Below, piece by piece: positions 50,438 through 62,253 of a stretch of DNA of 64,000 nt. Under the pieces are notes generated by a model. The model was not told where the DNA came from and did no database searches. It saw only the letters and a list, made by a program, of their open reading frames with translations. Positions within the stretch are counted from its first letter, which is position 1; each line of letters starts with the position of its first letter. The translations under genes and the position numbers were made by a program. Origin of the DNA: Leptonemataceae bacterium (GTDB lineage: Bacteria > Spirochaetota > Leptospiria > Leptospirales > Leptonemataceae); the NCBI GenBank assembly GCA_965227295.1, contig OZ245742.1, positions 5,280,001-5,344,000 of the forward strand. Reading direction: 5' to 3'.

Positions 50438-51616
50438 ATGCCCGCCCTGTTTCAGATCCTCTTCCTGCTCCTGTTTCCCCTGGCGGCGATCTTCCTCGCC
50501 GGCCGGGTGAAGGTGTTCTCCTGGATCGGCCCGGTCGTGTTGTGTTATGCGGGCGGCGTGCTGCTCGCGCTCACACCGGACGCCGTCTTCACCGCCGATG
50601 CGAAGCTCTCGGACACGATCGCGTCGGTCGTGGTGCCGCTGGGCATTCCGCTGCTGTTGTTCTCGACGGACTTCCCGGGTTGGTTCCGCTACGCCGGCGG
50701 GGCCGTGCTCTCGTTCGGCCTGGCCATCGTGAGCGTGCTCGTCTCTTCGACGGCGGCGTTCTATTTTCTCGGCGACACCGTCCCGGGCGCGGCGGACATC
50801 TCCGGTATGCTGGTCGGTGTCTACACCGGCGGCACGCCGAACATGGCGGCCATCGGCAAGGCCCTGGAGGTTCCGGAGAATACGTATCTGTTGATTCAGA
50901 CGGCGGACGTGCTCATCGGCGGCGTGTATCTGCTGTTTCTGCTGTCGATCGCCCACCGGGTGGCCCTGCTGTTCCTGCGGCCCTTCACTGCACCGGCAGA
51001 CGACGGCGACGCGGCCGACGTGCTGGACAGCGAAGACATGGCCGGCCTGGAATGGCGGGACATCCCGCCGATTCTTCTCGGCGCGGGGCTGTCCGTCCTG
51101 GTCGTGGTGCTGAGCGCCGCCGTGGCCGTGGGACTGGTGTTAGTGGCGGGTTATACCCTGGACGATCTGGGCGAGAGCATCCAGCCGCTCATTCCGCCGC
51201 TCTTTCTCGGGATTACGACGTTCGCCATTGCCGCGTCGTTCCTCCCCGCGGTGCGCTCGCTGCGTGGTTCGTACGAGAGCGGGGAGTATCTCATTCTTAT
51301 TTTCTGCGTGGCCATGGGCAGCATGGTGCAACCCGGCTCGCTCTTCGACACCGGTGGAGACATCATCGTCTACTGTCTCTTTGTCATGGGCGGCAGCATC
51401 GTATTGCACTATTTCTTGGGATGGTTGTTCCGCGTGGATGCGGATACGTTGATCATCACCTCTACCGCGGCGCTCTATGGTCCGCCGTTCATTCCGCCGG
51501 TATGCGAGGCCATTCGCAATCGCCGGGTGCTTGTGTCCGGTTTAACGACCGGTCTGGTCGGATACGCCGTCGGCAATTACCTCGGCTACACGATAGCGCA
51601 GTTCCTGGCGGCATAA
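50438..51616 (+). CDS. DUF819-family membrane protein
   Basis: ~10 TM helices; 'GVYTGGTPNMAAI', 'ITSTAALYGPPF', 'GLVGYAVGNYLG'. Confidence 0.85.
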   Translation: MPALFQILFLLLFPLAAIFLAGRVKVFSWIGPVVLCYAGGVLLALTPDAVFTADAKLSDTIASVVVPLGIPLLLFSTDFPGWFRYAGGAVLSFGLAIVSVLVSSTAAFYFLGDTVPGAADISGMLVGVYTGGTPNMAAIGKALEVPENTYLLIQTADVLIGGVYLLFLLSIAHRVALLFLRPFTAPADDGDAADVLDSEDMAGLEWRDIPPILLGAGLSVLVVVLSAAVAVGLVLVAGYTLDDLGESIQPLIPPLFLGITTFAIAASFLPAVRSLRGSYESGEYLILIFCVAMGSMVQPGSLFDTGGDIIVYCLFVMGGSIVLHYFLGWLFRVDADTLIITSTAALYGPPFIPPVCEAIRNRRVLVSGLTTGLVGYAVGNYLGYTIAQFLAA

Positions 51617-51747
51617 GACGTAATCCTGGCACGTTTCATATTACAGACCATGTTAGCGAATCGTGAATTCAGCCCGTTCCGCGTGTTTTTCAGTAGATCT
51701 CCTGCATGGGTTCAGTAATTTCTACGAAGAGTCAGCCAAAATAGCTT

Positions 51748-53928
<2,181 letters not shown>

Positions 53929-54023
53929 GGCGTTTGTATTCGGCGTCTCATGCTGCGCATGGACGCGGGCCGATTCGTGCTTCGTGACCGGCCTGAGACT
54001 GTAAGGTAGATGGACTTGTGATT

Positions 54024-54284
54024 TTTTGGGCGCCTCGCCGCTGCGCGGCGACCGGGCTGCTACGGGCTCCGCTTCGCTGCGGTCTCGGCCTGCGGCCGAG
54101 ACTGGCGCTGCGCGCCACCCTGCGCATCCCTGGCGCGAAGAGTCCTGAATTTCAACTCTTCGCGCCAGGGATTGGAAGGGTCGGCGGCGCAGCCGCGAGT
54201 CCGGAGCGCAGCGGAGGACCGAAGCGCGTAGCGCGGAGCCCTGGAAAGCCCGGTCGCCGCCGAAGGCGGCGAGGCGCCCAAAAA
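54024..54284. repeat. Two copies of the intergenic repeat in inverted arrangement (54024-54142 and 54156-54284)
   Basis: TTTTGGGCGCCTCGCCGC...ATCCCTGGCGCGAAGAG-N13-CTCTTCGCGCCAGGGAT...GCGGCGAGGCGCCCAAAA; lies between convergent genes. Confidence 0.88.
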
Positions 54285-54342
54285 CTTCCTAAATTCTATC
54301 CACTTACACTTAGATTCGGGCCGGTGACGAAATACGAATCAT

Positions 54343-55320
54343 CTAAAACCGATCGGTCGCGTTCAACAAGGCCGTCCTGGTCCCCGGTTCCATGGCCGAA
54401 TGACCCGCGTCGGGGATAATCTCCAGTTCCGCCTCGGGCCAGGCCTCGTGTAAGTCCCAGGCGTTCGCCAGCGCGCAAACGACGTCGTACCGACCGTGGA
54501 CAATCACCGCGGGGATGTGCCGAATGCGATCGATGTTCCGCAACAGTTCGTCGTCGTGTTCGAAGAAGCCGCGGTTTGTAAAGTAATGGCACTCGATGCG
54601 CGCGAAGGCCTCGGCGAAACGTTCGCTGCCGAAACCCTGAGTAAACCCTTCGTCCGGGAAGAGCTTCGACGTAGCGCCCTCCCAGATGGACCAGGCCCGG
54701 GCCGCCTCGATACGTAACTTACGATCACCGGAAGTTAATCGTTTGTAGTAGGCGTTCACGAGATCCCCGCGCTCGTCCTCGGGAATGGGTGCCAGGTACT
54801 CGCGCCAGGCGTCGGGGAAGATGCGCGACGCCCCCTCCTGGTAAAACCAATCGATCTCGTGTTTGCGCAAAAGAAAGATGCCGCGCAAGATGAGGCCGCG
54901 CACGCGTTCGGGATGAGCCTCGGCGTAGGCCAGCGAGAGCGTGCTGCCCCAGGAGCCGCCGAAGACGGTCCAGGCCTCGATGTTCAAGTGGCGGCGAATC
55001 TTTTCGATGTCGGCGACGAGATCGTGGGTCGTGTTTTCGCGCAGTTCGGCGAAGGGCGTGGAGCGGCCGCAGCCGCGCTGGTCGAAGAGAATTACCCGCC
55101 ATTTTTCAGGATCGAAAAAGCGGCGGTAGTTTCCGGAAACGCCGCCGCCGGGGCCGCCGTGAAGAAAGACGACGGGCTTACCTTCGGGATTGCCCACCTG
55201 CTCGACGTAGAGCGAGTGCAGCTCCGACACCGACAACCGGAACGTTTCGTAGGGTTCGATGGGCGGATAGAGTTCCCGCACGGGCGAGCCGCCGGGGCTG
55301 GTGCGTGTCGGATCGTTCAA
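54343..55320 (-). CDS. pip: Proline iminopeptidase (peptidase family S33)
   Basis: LYPPIEP, HGGPGGG, DQRGCGRS, GGSWG, GRYD, AGHS. Confidence 0.95.
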   Translation of the reverse strand: MNDPTRTSPGGSPVRELYPPIEPYETFRLSVSELHSLYVEQVGNPEGKPVVFLHGGPGGGVSGNYRRFFDPEKWRVILFDQRGCGRSTPFAELRENTTHDLVADIEKIRRHLNIEAWTVFGGSWGSTLSLAYAEAHPERVRGLILRGIFLLRKHEIDWFYQEGASRIFPDAWREYLAPIPEDERGDLVNAYYKRLTSGDRKLRIEAARAWSIWEGATSKLFPDEGFTQGFGSERFAEAFARIECHYFTNRGFFEHDDELLRNIDRIRHIPAVIVHGRYDVVCALANAWDLHEAWPEAELEIIPDAGHSAMEPGTRTALLNATDRF

Positions 55321-55338
55321 GCCGTTAACTATCTCTTA

Positions 55339-56808
55339 CTATGTATTAGCGTCCGTAAACTTATCGAGGAGGTCCTTCACGATTTCGTTCAGGTCGCCGC
55401 GGTTCGGGAGCGAACCCATCATGCCGTACATGGCCGCGCTGCGTTTGGGCAGACCGGTGCCGCCCATTTTCGAAAACAGCCGCGTCACCGCCGAGGCCGT
55501 GGACTCCGGCAACCAACCGAGCACGGTTCCCACGAAGGAACCCAGCGAGGTCTGGAAGCTGTTCAGGCTGAAACTCCGGGCCTTACGTACCGCGAGCGCG
55601 AGGTCCTCCACGAATTGATCCACGGACTGCGTGTGCGCCGCGTTCACTGTAAGATGTATGCTCGCCGGATACTGCTGCCGGTCCAGGTGCCAGCCGCGCA
55701 CGCTCATCTCATCACCCACGGCGTAGATGTCCAGCACGTCTTCGGCGTCTTCGTTTCCGTCTTTCTTTGCCGCGGCGATGCAGAGCACCGACATCTCCGG
55801 TTCCCCCAGCAGGCGCAGCCCGTCGATCCGCTCAATGCCCTGGCGAAATTTCCCCACGGTGTCCATCACCGTACGGGTAATCTCCAGGTAACCGTCCTCG
55901 CCCAGATGATTCATGATCGCCCAGGCCGCGGCAATCGATCCACCGGGACGCGTGCCCATCACCGAGGGCGAGCCGTAGATGCCGCCCGGCCATTCGGTGT
56001 AGACGAAGTACATATGCCGGCGGAGCGCCTTGTTTCTATACAAAATACACGATGCGCCTTTCGCGGCGTAGCCGTACTTATGCAGGTCGACGCTCATGGA
56101 CGTGACGCCGGGCACGGAGAAATCGAAATCGCGCACGGCATAACCCAGCCGGCGGACGAACGGCAACATCATCCCACCCACGCACGCATCCACGTGCATC
56201 AACAGGCCGCGGCGCTGCGCAATCTCCGCCAGCTCCGCAATGGGATCGATGACCCCCTGGGCATACTGCGGCGCCGAGCCGACGAGCATGATGGTGTTGT
56301 CCGTGATGGCCGCTTCCATGGCGGCCACGTCCGCGCGGTAATCGGGGCCGACCGCCACGTGCTTCACGCGCACGTCGAAGTAGTGGCCGGCCTTGTCGAA
56401 CGCCGGATGCGCCGTCACCGGCACGACGATCTCGGGCTCGGTGATCTCCGGTCGCTCTTTGCGAAACTTCTGCCGCGCGGTTTTGACGGCCATGAGGATG
56501 GACTCGGTCCCGCCGGAGGTCATGTTGCCCGCGGTCTCGTCGTCGCCGCCGAGCAACGCCGCGGTCATGGCCACCACCTCGCTCTCGAATTTCTTGAGAC
56601 TCGGGAAGGCGCCGGGGTTCAGGCCGTTCTCGGAGAAGAACATCGTGTAGGCCTCTTTGAGCAGGCTCAGAATTTCATCGCCGGCGTAAAAGACCAGGCT
56701 GAACGTGCGGCCGTCCTTCCAGCGCGTGTCCTGGTCCCGGGCAGTCTGCATGGTTCCGAGGACGTCCTCACGACTGCGTCCGTGTTGCGGCAGGGCGATC
56801 TTCTTCAT
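55339..56808 (-). CDS. Sphingosine-1-phosphate lyase-like PLP-dependent enzyme (group II decarboxylase fold)
   Basis: Start MKKIALP at 56808; TSGGTESI, AHPAFDKA, HVDACVGG, SVDLHKYG, GTRPG. Confidence 0.85.
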   Translation of the reverse strand: MKKIALPQHGRSREDVLGTMQTARDQDTRWKDGRTFSLVFYAGDEILSLLKEAYTMFFSENGLNPGAFPSLKKFESEVVAMTAALLGGDDETAGNMTSGGTESILMAVKTARQKFRKERPEITEPEIVVPVTAHPAFDKAGHYFDVRVKHVAVGPDYRADVAAMEAAITDNTIMLVGSAPQYAQGVIDPIAELAEIAQRRGLLMHVDACVGGMMLPFVRRLGYAVRDFDFSVPGVTSMSVDLHKYGYAAKGASCILYRNKALRRHMYFVYTEWPGGIYGSPSVMGTRPGGSIAAAWAIMNHLGEDGYLEITRTVMDTVGKFRQGIERIDGLRLLGEPEMSVLCIAAAKKDGNEDAEDVLDIYAVGDEMSVRGWHLDRQQYPASIHLTVNAAHTQSVDQFVEDLALAVRKARSFSLNSFQTSLGSFVGTVLGWLPESTASAVTRLFSKMGGTGLPKRSAAMYGMMGSLPNRGDLNEIVKDLLDKFTDANT

Positions 56809-56916
56809 TTGTAGGAACTCCTTCACATACCACGCGAGAGCGCGGAATGATCGTTCCGACGCTAACTCGAAAGGACGTGTGCGGGCAATGAAAAATTCCG
56901 AGACAAAGATATGACA

Positions 56917-57019
56917 CCGAGGACCGAGGTACCGAGTTTTTAAGATGAGGACTTTCATAGCCCGAGCACGACCAGATACGGTCGCCTCCAAAATCCTGCC
57001 TCGATACCTCGGTCCTCGG
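56917..57019. repeat. 20-bp inverted repeat (one mismatch) bounding a ~100-bp segment
   Basis: CCGAGGACCGAGGTACCGAG (56917-56936) vs CTCGATACCTCGGTCCTCGG (57000-57019). Confidence 0.75.
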
Positions 57020-57032
57020 CGCAAAAAAAATT

Positions 57033-57059
57033 GTACACTTTTGCTGCTGTATCCGGGTC
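57033..57059 (+). promoter_or_regulatory. Putative ECF promoter GTACAC-N15-CGGGTC upstream of the sigma gene
   Basis: Identical bipartite motif and spacing upstream of clpP; ends 21 nt before the ATG. Confidence 0.6.
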
Positions 57060-57080
57060 CTTCGGATATACAGGAGTCTC

Positions 57081-57740
57081 ATGTTGCGCCGTCGCAAATT
57101 CAAAGTCCAGCCCCGTTCCCTCCAGACCGCCGACGCCGTCGACCTCGTGCGAAGCGCGCGCTCCGGTTCGGCCGCGGCCTTTCAGTTGCTCGCCCATCGC
57201 GAACGACCGCGGGCCGTGCGTTTCGCCACGGCCATTCTGCGCGACCGGGACCTGGCCGAAGACGCCGTGCAGGAGGCCCTGCTCGACTGCCATCGCAAAC
57301 TACGCCATCTCCACGAGGCAGCAGCCTTCCCGGCCTGGTTCCGACGCATTGTCTTCAAACACTGCGACCGCATCCGCCGGCGGCGGGACTTCGAAACCGT
57401 GCCGTTTTCTCCCGAGCAGCTCGACGTCGCCGCTCCGCAACGCAGTCGCGAACGCAACCGGGACATTCGCCGTCGCTACGAGCGGGCATTGGGAAGCAAG
57501 GATCTCAGCGCCGAAGAACGCCGCATCGCCCGCCTGCGCTTCGAGGAGGAGCGCCCGTATCGGGAAATCGCGAGGCGGCTTAACATCTCCGAGGATACTG
57601 TTAAGAACCGCGTGCGCGTATTGCGACGCAAGCTCCAGTACCTCATGACGCACAAACAGCCGCAAATGTTGCTTGCGGTGCCGCAGCGCCCTGCAAACGC
57701 TCCGGCACCGGTATTCACGCCCATGTGCGCGGCTGCGTGA
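57081..57740 (+). CDS. ECF-type RNA polymerase sigma factor with a short C-terminal extension
   Basis: 'AEDAVQEALL', 'FPAWFRRI', 'YREIARRLNISEDTVKNR'; AGGAG RBS. Confidence 0.92.
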   Translation: MLRRRKFKVQPRSLQTADAVDLVRSARSGSAAAFQLLAHRERPRAVRFATAILRDRDLAEDAVQEALLDCHRKLRHLHEAAAFPAWFRRIVFKHCDRIRRRRDFETVPFSPEQLDVAAPQRSRERNRDIRRRYERALGSKDLSAEERRIARLRFEEERPYREIARRLNISEDTVKNRVRVLRRKLQYLMTHKQPQMLLAVPQRPANAPAPVFTPMCAAA

Positions 57741-57765
57741 GTCGCTGAATTCTCTCGAATAAAAC

Positions 57766-57792
57766 GTACACGATTCACGGATCGGACGGGTC
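57766..57792 (+). promoter_or_regulatory. Putative ECF promoter GTACAC-N15-CGGGTC upstream of clpP
   Basis: Same motif as 57033-57059; ends 22 nt before the ATG. Confidence 0.6.
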
Positions 57793-57814
57793 TTCTCTAC
57801 ACAAGGAGAACCCC

Positions 57815-58393
57815 ATGCCCGAATCCATCGACACCGCCGAAACCATTGCCGCCCTGCATCCCATTCAACAGCGCATCGACGAACACAACATAGGCGAGCG
57901 CCGCATCTTTCTCTGGGGCCAGGTGGACGACAACTCCGCCCGCCATGTCATTGAACGTTTGCTCTTGCTCGATTCCGAAAGCAACGAGGACATCACACTC
58001 CTCGTTAACAGCCCCGGAGGTGCGAACACGGCCGGCTTCGCCATCCTCGACACCATGCGATCCTTACGTTCGGACACGGCCACCGTATGCCTGGGCCTCG
58101 CCGCCAGCTTCGGCGCGCTCATTCTTACGTGCGGCACTCCGGGCAAACGCAGTGCCTATCCGCACAGCCGCATCATGATCCACCAGCCATGGATCCCCGG
58201 CGAAATCCGCGCACCGGCCATGGACCTGCGCATCCACGCCCAGGAAATTCAGCGCCAGCGCCAGACCATCAATGCCATCATCGCAGATTGCACCGGTCGT
58301 AGCATCGAAGAAATCGAAGAGGACACCGACCGGGATAGCTGGTTCACCGCGGAGGAAGCCGTAGACTACGGTCTCATTGACGAAGTGCTGTGA
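57815..58393 (+). CDS. clpP: ClpP protease proteolytic subunit (paralogue)
   Basis: NSPGG, GLAASFGA (Ser), RIMIHQP (His), DTDRD (Asp). Confidence 0.93.
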   Translation: MPESIDTAETIAALHPIQQRIDEHNIGERRIFLWGQVDDNSARHVIERLLLLDSESNEDITLLVNSPGGANTAGFAILDTMRSLRSDTATVCLGLAASFGALILTCGTPGKRSAYPHSRIMIHQPWIPGEIRAPAMDLRIHAQEIQRQRQTINAIIADCTGRSIEEIEEDTDRDSWFTAEEAVDYGLIDEVL

Positions 58394-58446
58394 ATTAAGT
58401 CTAACATTGCGGCGGCCGACACTTATGACAGCCCGGAAAATCATAC

Positions 58447-59286
58447 GTGTCCCTCCGCCGCATATACGAGATCGTCCAGAAGGCCGAATCCGAAGACACT
58501 GCCAGCCGTATCTTCGACGGCCTGCTGATAGCGCTCATCTTTCTGAACGTGCTTGCCATCATGGCCGAGTCGTTCGACGAGATGAGCGTCTATGCAGTCT
58601 ACTTCCGCGTTTTCGAGATTGTTTCCGTTATCGTGTTTACCGTGGAATTCTGCGTCCGCCTGGCGACCGCCCGCTACTTCTACGAACACGAGGACGAACC
58701 GCCCGGTGCGGTCCGGTCGGCTCTACGCTGGTTTTTCTCCCCGCTGGCGCTCGTGGACCTCATCGCCATCCTGCCGTTTTACATTCCGCTCATCATCGGC
58801 TTCGATCTTCGCTTCGTCCGGATGATTCGCATCCTGCGATTGCTGCGCATCCTGAAGCTACAACGCTACTACACTTCGCTGGCGGTCATCGCCACCATCT
58901 TTCGCGAAAAGAAAGAAGACCTGGTCACCACGGTGTTTCTGAGCCTTATCCTGCTGGTCATCGCTTCGACGTTCATGTACTACATCGAAAACGACGCCCA
59001 GCCCGATGCCTTTCCAAACATCCTGGCAACGCTCTGGTGGGCCGTGGCCACGCTGACCACCGTGGGATACGGCGATGTCTATCCGGTGACAGCGGCAGGC
59101 AAATTCCTGGCGGGTTTCTTTGCACTGCTGGGGGTCGGTGTCATTGCCCTGCCGACGGGCATCCTGAGCGCGGCGTTCATCGACAAGCTGGCCGAACAAC
59201 GCCGCCTCGCAGCCCTGGCGCAAGCGGAAGAAGACGAGCAATTCCAGCGCTGTCCGCATTGCGGCAAAGTCATCGATGATGCCTGA
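58447..59286 (+). CDS. 6-TM voltage-gated-type potassium channel
   Basis: S4-like 'RMIRILRLLRILKL', filter TTVGYGD, C-terminal CPHCG. Confidence 0.92.
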   Translation: MSLRRIYEIVQKAESEDTASRIFDGLLIALIFLNVLAIMAESFDEMSVYAVYFRVFEIVSVIVFTVEFCVRLATARYFYEHEDEPPGAVRSALRWFFSPLALVDLIAILPFYIPLIIGFDLRFVRMIRILRLLRILKLQRYYTSLAVIATIFREKKEDLVTTVFLSLILLVIASTFMYYIENDAQPDAFPNILATLWWAVATLTTVGYGDVYPVTAAGKFLAGFFALLGVGVIALPTGILSAAFIDKLAEQRRLAALAQAEEDEQFQRCPHCGKVIDDA

Positions 59287-59303
59287 GCACCAGGCGCGCG
59301 CCT

Positions 59304-60221
59304 TCAGCCGCGCCCGCGGGTTTTTGTGCGACCGGGGCGCGCGGTCTTTTCAATGAACTCCACAATGGATCCGGCAATGTCCTTGCCCGTGGCGTTCTCG
59401 ATACCCTCCAGGCCCGGCGAGGAGTTCACTTCCATAATCACCGGGCCGTGGCGCGAACGCAAGAGATCCACACCGGCCACGTTCAGGCCCATGGCCCGGG
59501 CGGCACGCACGGCGGTGGAGCGTTCTTCGGGGGTAATGCGAATCGCCTCCGAGGTCCCACCGCGGTGCAGATTCGAACGGAACTCGCCCTCTTTCGCCTT
59601 GCGCATCATCGAAGCAACGACCTTGTCCCCGATCACGAAACAGCGAATGTCCGAGCCGCCCGCTTCTTTAATGAACTCCTGCACAATGAAGTTGGCCTTC
59701 AGGCCGCGAAAGGCGTCGATGACCGACTCCGCCGCCTTGCGAGTTTCCGCCAGCACCACACCCACGCCCTGCGTCCCTTCCAGGAGCTTTACGACGAGAG
59801 GCGCCCCACCGACCATATCGATCAGCGCGTCCGTTTGTTGAGTCGACGCCGCAAATCCCGTCACCGGCAGGCCGATGCCCTTCTTCGAAAGCAACTGCAG
59901 GCTGCGCAGCTTATCCCGGGAACGCGTAATGGCGACGGATTCGTTCACCGAGTAAACGCCGGCCATCTCGAACTGTCGCACCACGGCGCAACCGTAGAAG
60001 GTAATCGAAGCGCCGATCCGCGGAACGATCGCATGCACGCCTTTGATGACCTGGTTTCGGTAATGCACCTCCGGATTATGCGCCGTGATGTTCATGTAAC
60101 AGCGCAGAGGGTCGAGAATCATTACCTCATGGCCACGGGCCTCGGAGGCTTCCACCAGACGTTTGGTGGAATAGAGCTCCGGACCGCGCGAGAGAATTGC
60201 GATCTTAAGTTTTTCTGTCAT
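59304..60221 (-). CDS. rimK: ATP-grasp alpha-L-glutamate ligase RimK
   Basis: [50 protein letters not shown]. Confidence 0.96.
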   Translation of the reverse strand: MTEKLKIAILSRGPELYSTKRLVEASEARGHEVMILDPLRCYMNITAHNPEVHYRNQVIKGVHAIVPRIGASITFYGCAVVRQFEMAGVYSVNESVAITRSRDKLRSLQLLSKKGIGLPVTGFAASTQQTDALIDMVGGAPLVVKLLEGTQGVGVVLAETRKAAESVIDAFRGLKANFIVQEFIKEAGGSDIRCFVIGDKVVASMMRKAKEGEFRSNLHRGGTSEAIRITPEERSTAVRAARAMGLNVAGVDLLRSRHGPVIMEVNSSPGLEGIENATGKDIAGSIVEFIEKTARPGRTKTRGRG

Positions 60222-60225
60222 AGTA

Positions 60226-60750
60226 TTAAGCCTGGCCGCTTACGTGCTCGTTCCGGCCGATGATAAACGACGCCGACGGGTCGATCCAGAAACGACCGTG
60301 CATGGCCCGCCGCCCGATCAGCATGCGAAAGCCCATGAGGTCCCGGTCCGTCAGATTCAACTCCACCTGGAACTCGTGCAAGCCGAGCCGCAACTTCGTC
60401 GCGATGACCGGTCGTATTTCGCGCTCGCCGTTGGAACTGCGCACCGCGCGCCGGTCCAGCACCCGGGCCTCCGCCTGAATCGGCTCCCGCCGTGATCTGG
60501 AACCTACGGCGGCCTCAGCACTCGCGCCGCGATGATTCGGATCCGTCACGAAACGAACGAACTCAACCTCACCTTCTCCATCGACCCGGCGGTTAAAATA
60601 TTCCAGGTCCACGGCATGCAACGAACAGTTATGAGCGCCGGAATCGACTTTTGCTTTCAGAGAGAAGATGCCGAGATCGGGAAGGCTCACCCACTCGCGC
60701 CATCCGAGCCGCGGGAGCTCCGCAGAGATTGGTCCTGCCTTCCGGTGCAT
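60226..60750 (-). CDS. RimK-associated retropepsin-like protease (RimB-like; family often labelled 'ATP-dependent zinc protease')
   Basis: GWREWV, AKVDSGA, RSSNG, '[13 protein letters not shown]'; directly upstream of rimK. Confidence 0.88.
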   Translation of the reverse strand: MHRKAGPISAELPRLGWREWVSLPDLGIFSLKAKVDSGAHNCSLHAVDLEYFNRRVDGEGEVEFVRFVTDPNHRGASAEAAVGSRSRREPIQAEARVLDRRAVRSSNGEREIRPVIATKLRLGLHEFQVELNLTDRDLMGFRMLIGRRAMHGRFWIDPSASFIIGRNEHVSGQA

Positions 60751-60866
60751 GTTCTAAAAATCAGGGCAACGTGCGCGAGCGTTGGGCTACAATCGTTTTT
60801 CGCCGCCGCGGTTAGAAAAATCGAAAAAAGCGTTCCCATCAAGGCAAAAACGGCCGAACCTCCCCC

Positions 60867-62195
60867 ATGGTCGTCGATTCGTCTCAGACGCGTTACCGCG
60901 ATGCCATCCGTGAAATCTCCGATGCCGTCGTCCGTGCACAAAAACCCATTCGCATCATTGAGTCGCTCAAGTGGGACACTCGCATCGAAGAGCGTTGCCT
61001 GGCCGGACACCTCCGTGAACTGCCCGCGGTAGACGCCGCCTACTATAGAGAAAAGCGTCCCCTGGAGTTCTCCCCGGCCGCGAAGCTGGAAGAATTCGAA
61101 GCCATCAAAGAAAGTATCTTACGTTATCCAGGCAAAGACGACGACCTCGGCGCGATCCTTTATCGCAACTGCGAGAACTACCAGGACGCGGTGCGCATGC
61201 TCGACTGCCGCGGAACTCCGGAGTTCTTCACATTCGCAAAGCGCCTTTACGGGAGCCCGAAGGATCACTTCGAGGGAGATTCGACAACCATCCGCGATCT
61301 GGGCGAAACCATGGCGGAGATTCTCGGCGGCATTCGTGAGACGGACCTCGGCACTGTCGCCGTAAAAGACGTCCCCGCGGAAACCGTGGTGCAAATACTG
61401 GATGATCGTTTCCAGGAATTTTTCCGGCCGCCGCCCGGCGCTCCGTCGGACCCGTTTCGCGTGCGCGTCATTCTGGACGACGGCATCCTGGCCGACGCGG
61501 CGGCAGGTTCGGATTACGTTAAGATCAAACGCGGCGTACTGTTCTCGATAAAGGAGATCGATCTCCTGGAAAAACACGAGGGCTGGGTGCACGTGGGCAC
61601 CACGTTGAACGGACGCGTGCAAAATTACGCGCGCTGGTTATCCAAGGGACCGCCGTGTGTTTCGGCGGTTCAGGAAGGCCTCGCCGTGCTCATGGAACTC
61701 ATCACCTTCACCATCCACCCGCACCGCGCCCGCAAACTCAACGACCGCATCGTCGCCACGGACCTGGCCGAGAGCGGCGCCGATTTCCTGGAAGTCTGCG
61801 AGTTTTACCGGTCCCGCGGTTACGAAGAGATCGATTGTTATCGCAACGCGAGTCGCATTTTTCGCGGCGGCGTAATTACCGGCGGCGCGCCCTTTCCGAA
61901 AGACATCGGCTACTGCAAAGGCATGGTCATGATCTACAACTTCATGCGCACGGCCATTCGCCTGGGCCGACCGGCGATCATCCCGTTTCTCTTCGCGGGC
62001 AAGCTGATCCTGGACGATGTGCCGGTGTTGTATCGCAAACACAAAGAAGGCGTGATCGACGCGCCGCTCTTTCTGCCGCCGCAGTTTCGCGACCTGAGCG
62101 GTCTCGCCATGTGGATGGCCTTTTCGAATTTTTTCAATCGCGTAAACCTGGACGGCGTTCGCGAACACTATCGACGCATCATCGAGGCGTGCTGA
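60867..62195 (+). CDS. DUF1704/QEGLA-motif metallopeptidase
   Basis: HEGWVH (HExxxH), QEGLA, 'RIFRGG...FPKDIGY'. Confidence 0.88.
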   Translation: MVVDSSQTRYRDAIREISDAVVRAQKPIRIIESLKWDTRIEERCLAGHLRELPAVDAAYYREKRPLEFSPAAKLEEFEAIKESILRYPGKDDDLGAILYRNCENYQDAVRMLDCRGTPEFFTFAKRLYGSPKDHFEGDSTTIRDLGETMAEILGGIRETDLGTVAVKDVPAETVVQILDDRFQEFFRPPPGAPSDPFRVRVILDDGILADAAAGSDYVKIKRGVLFSIKEIDLLEKHEGWVHVGTTLNGRVQNYARWLSKGPPCVSAVQEGLAVLMELITFTIHPHRARKLNDRIVATDLAESGADFLEVCEFYRSRGYEEIDCYRNASRIFRGGVITGGAPFPKDIGYCKGMVMIYNFMRTAIRLGRPAIIPFLFAGKLILDDVPVLYRKHKEGVIDAPLFLPPQFRDLSGLAMWMAFSNFFNRVNLDGVREHYRRIIEAC

Positions 62196-62253
62196 AATAG
62201 AGCGCGCCGATCAGCGCGTCTTCGGCCTCGCTGTCACACGTTTGCGGCCTGTT

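Noticed and set aside
49484..50956. 490-aa - strand ORF
   Set aside because: Antisense shadow of the nucleotidase-like and DUF819 genes.
54859..56814. 651-aa + strand ORF
   Set aside because: Antisense to pip and the SPL-like gene, both of which have clear family motifs.
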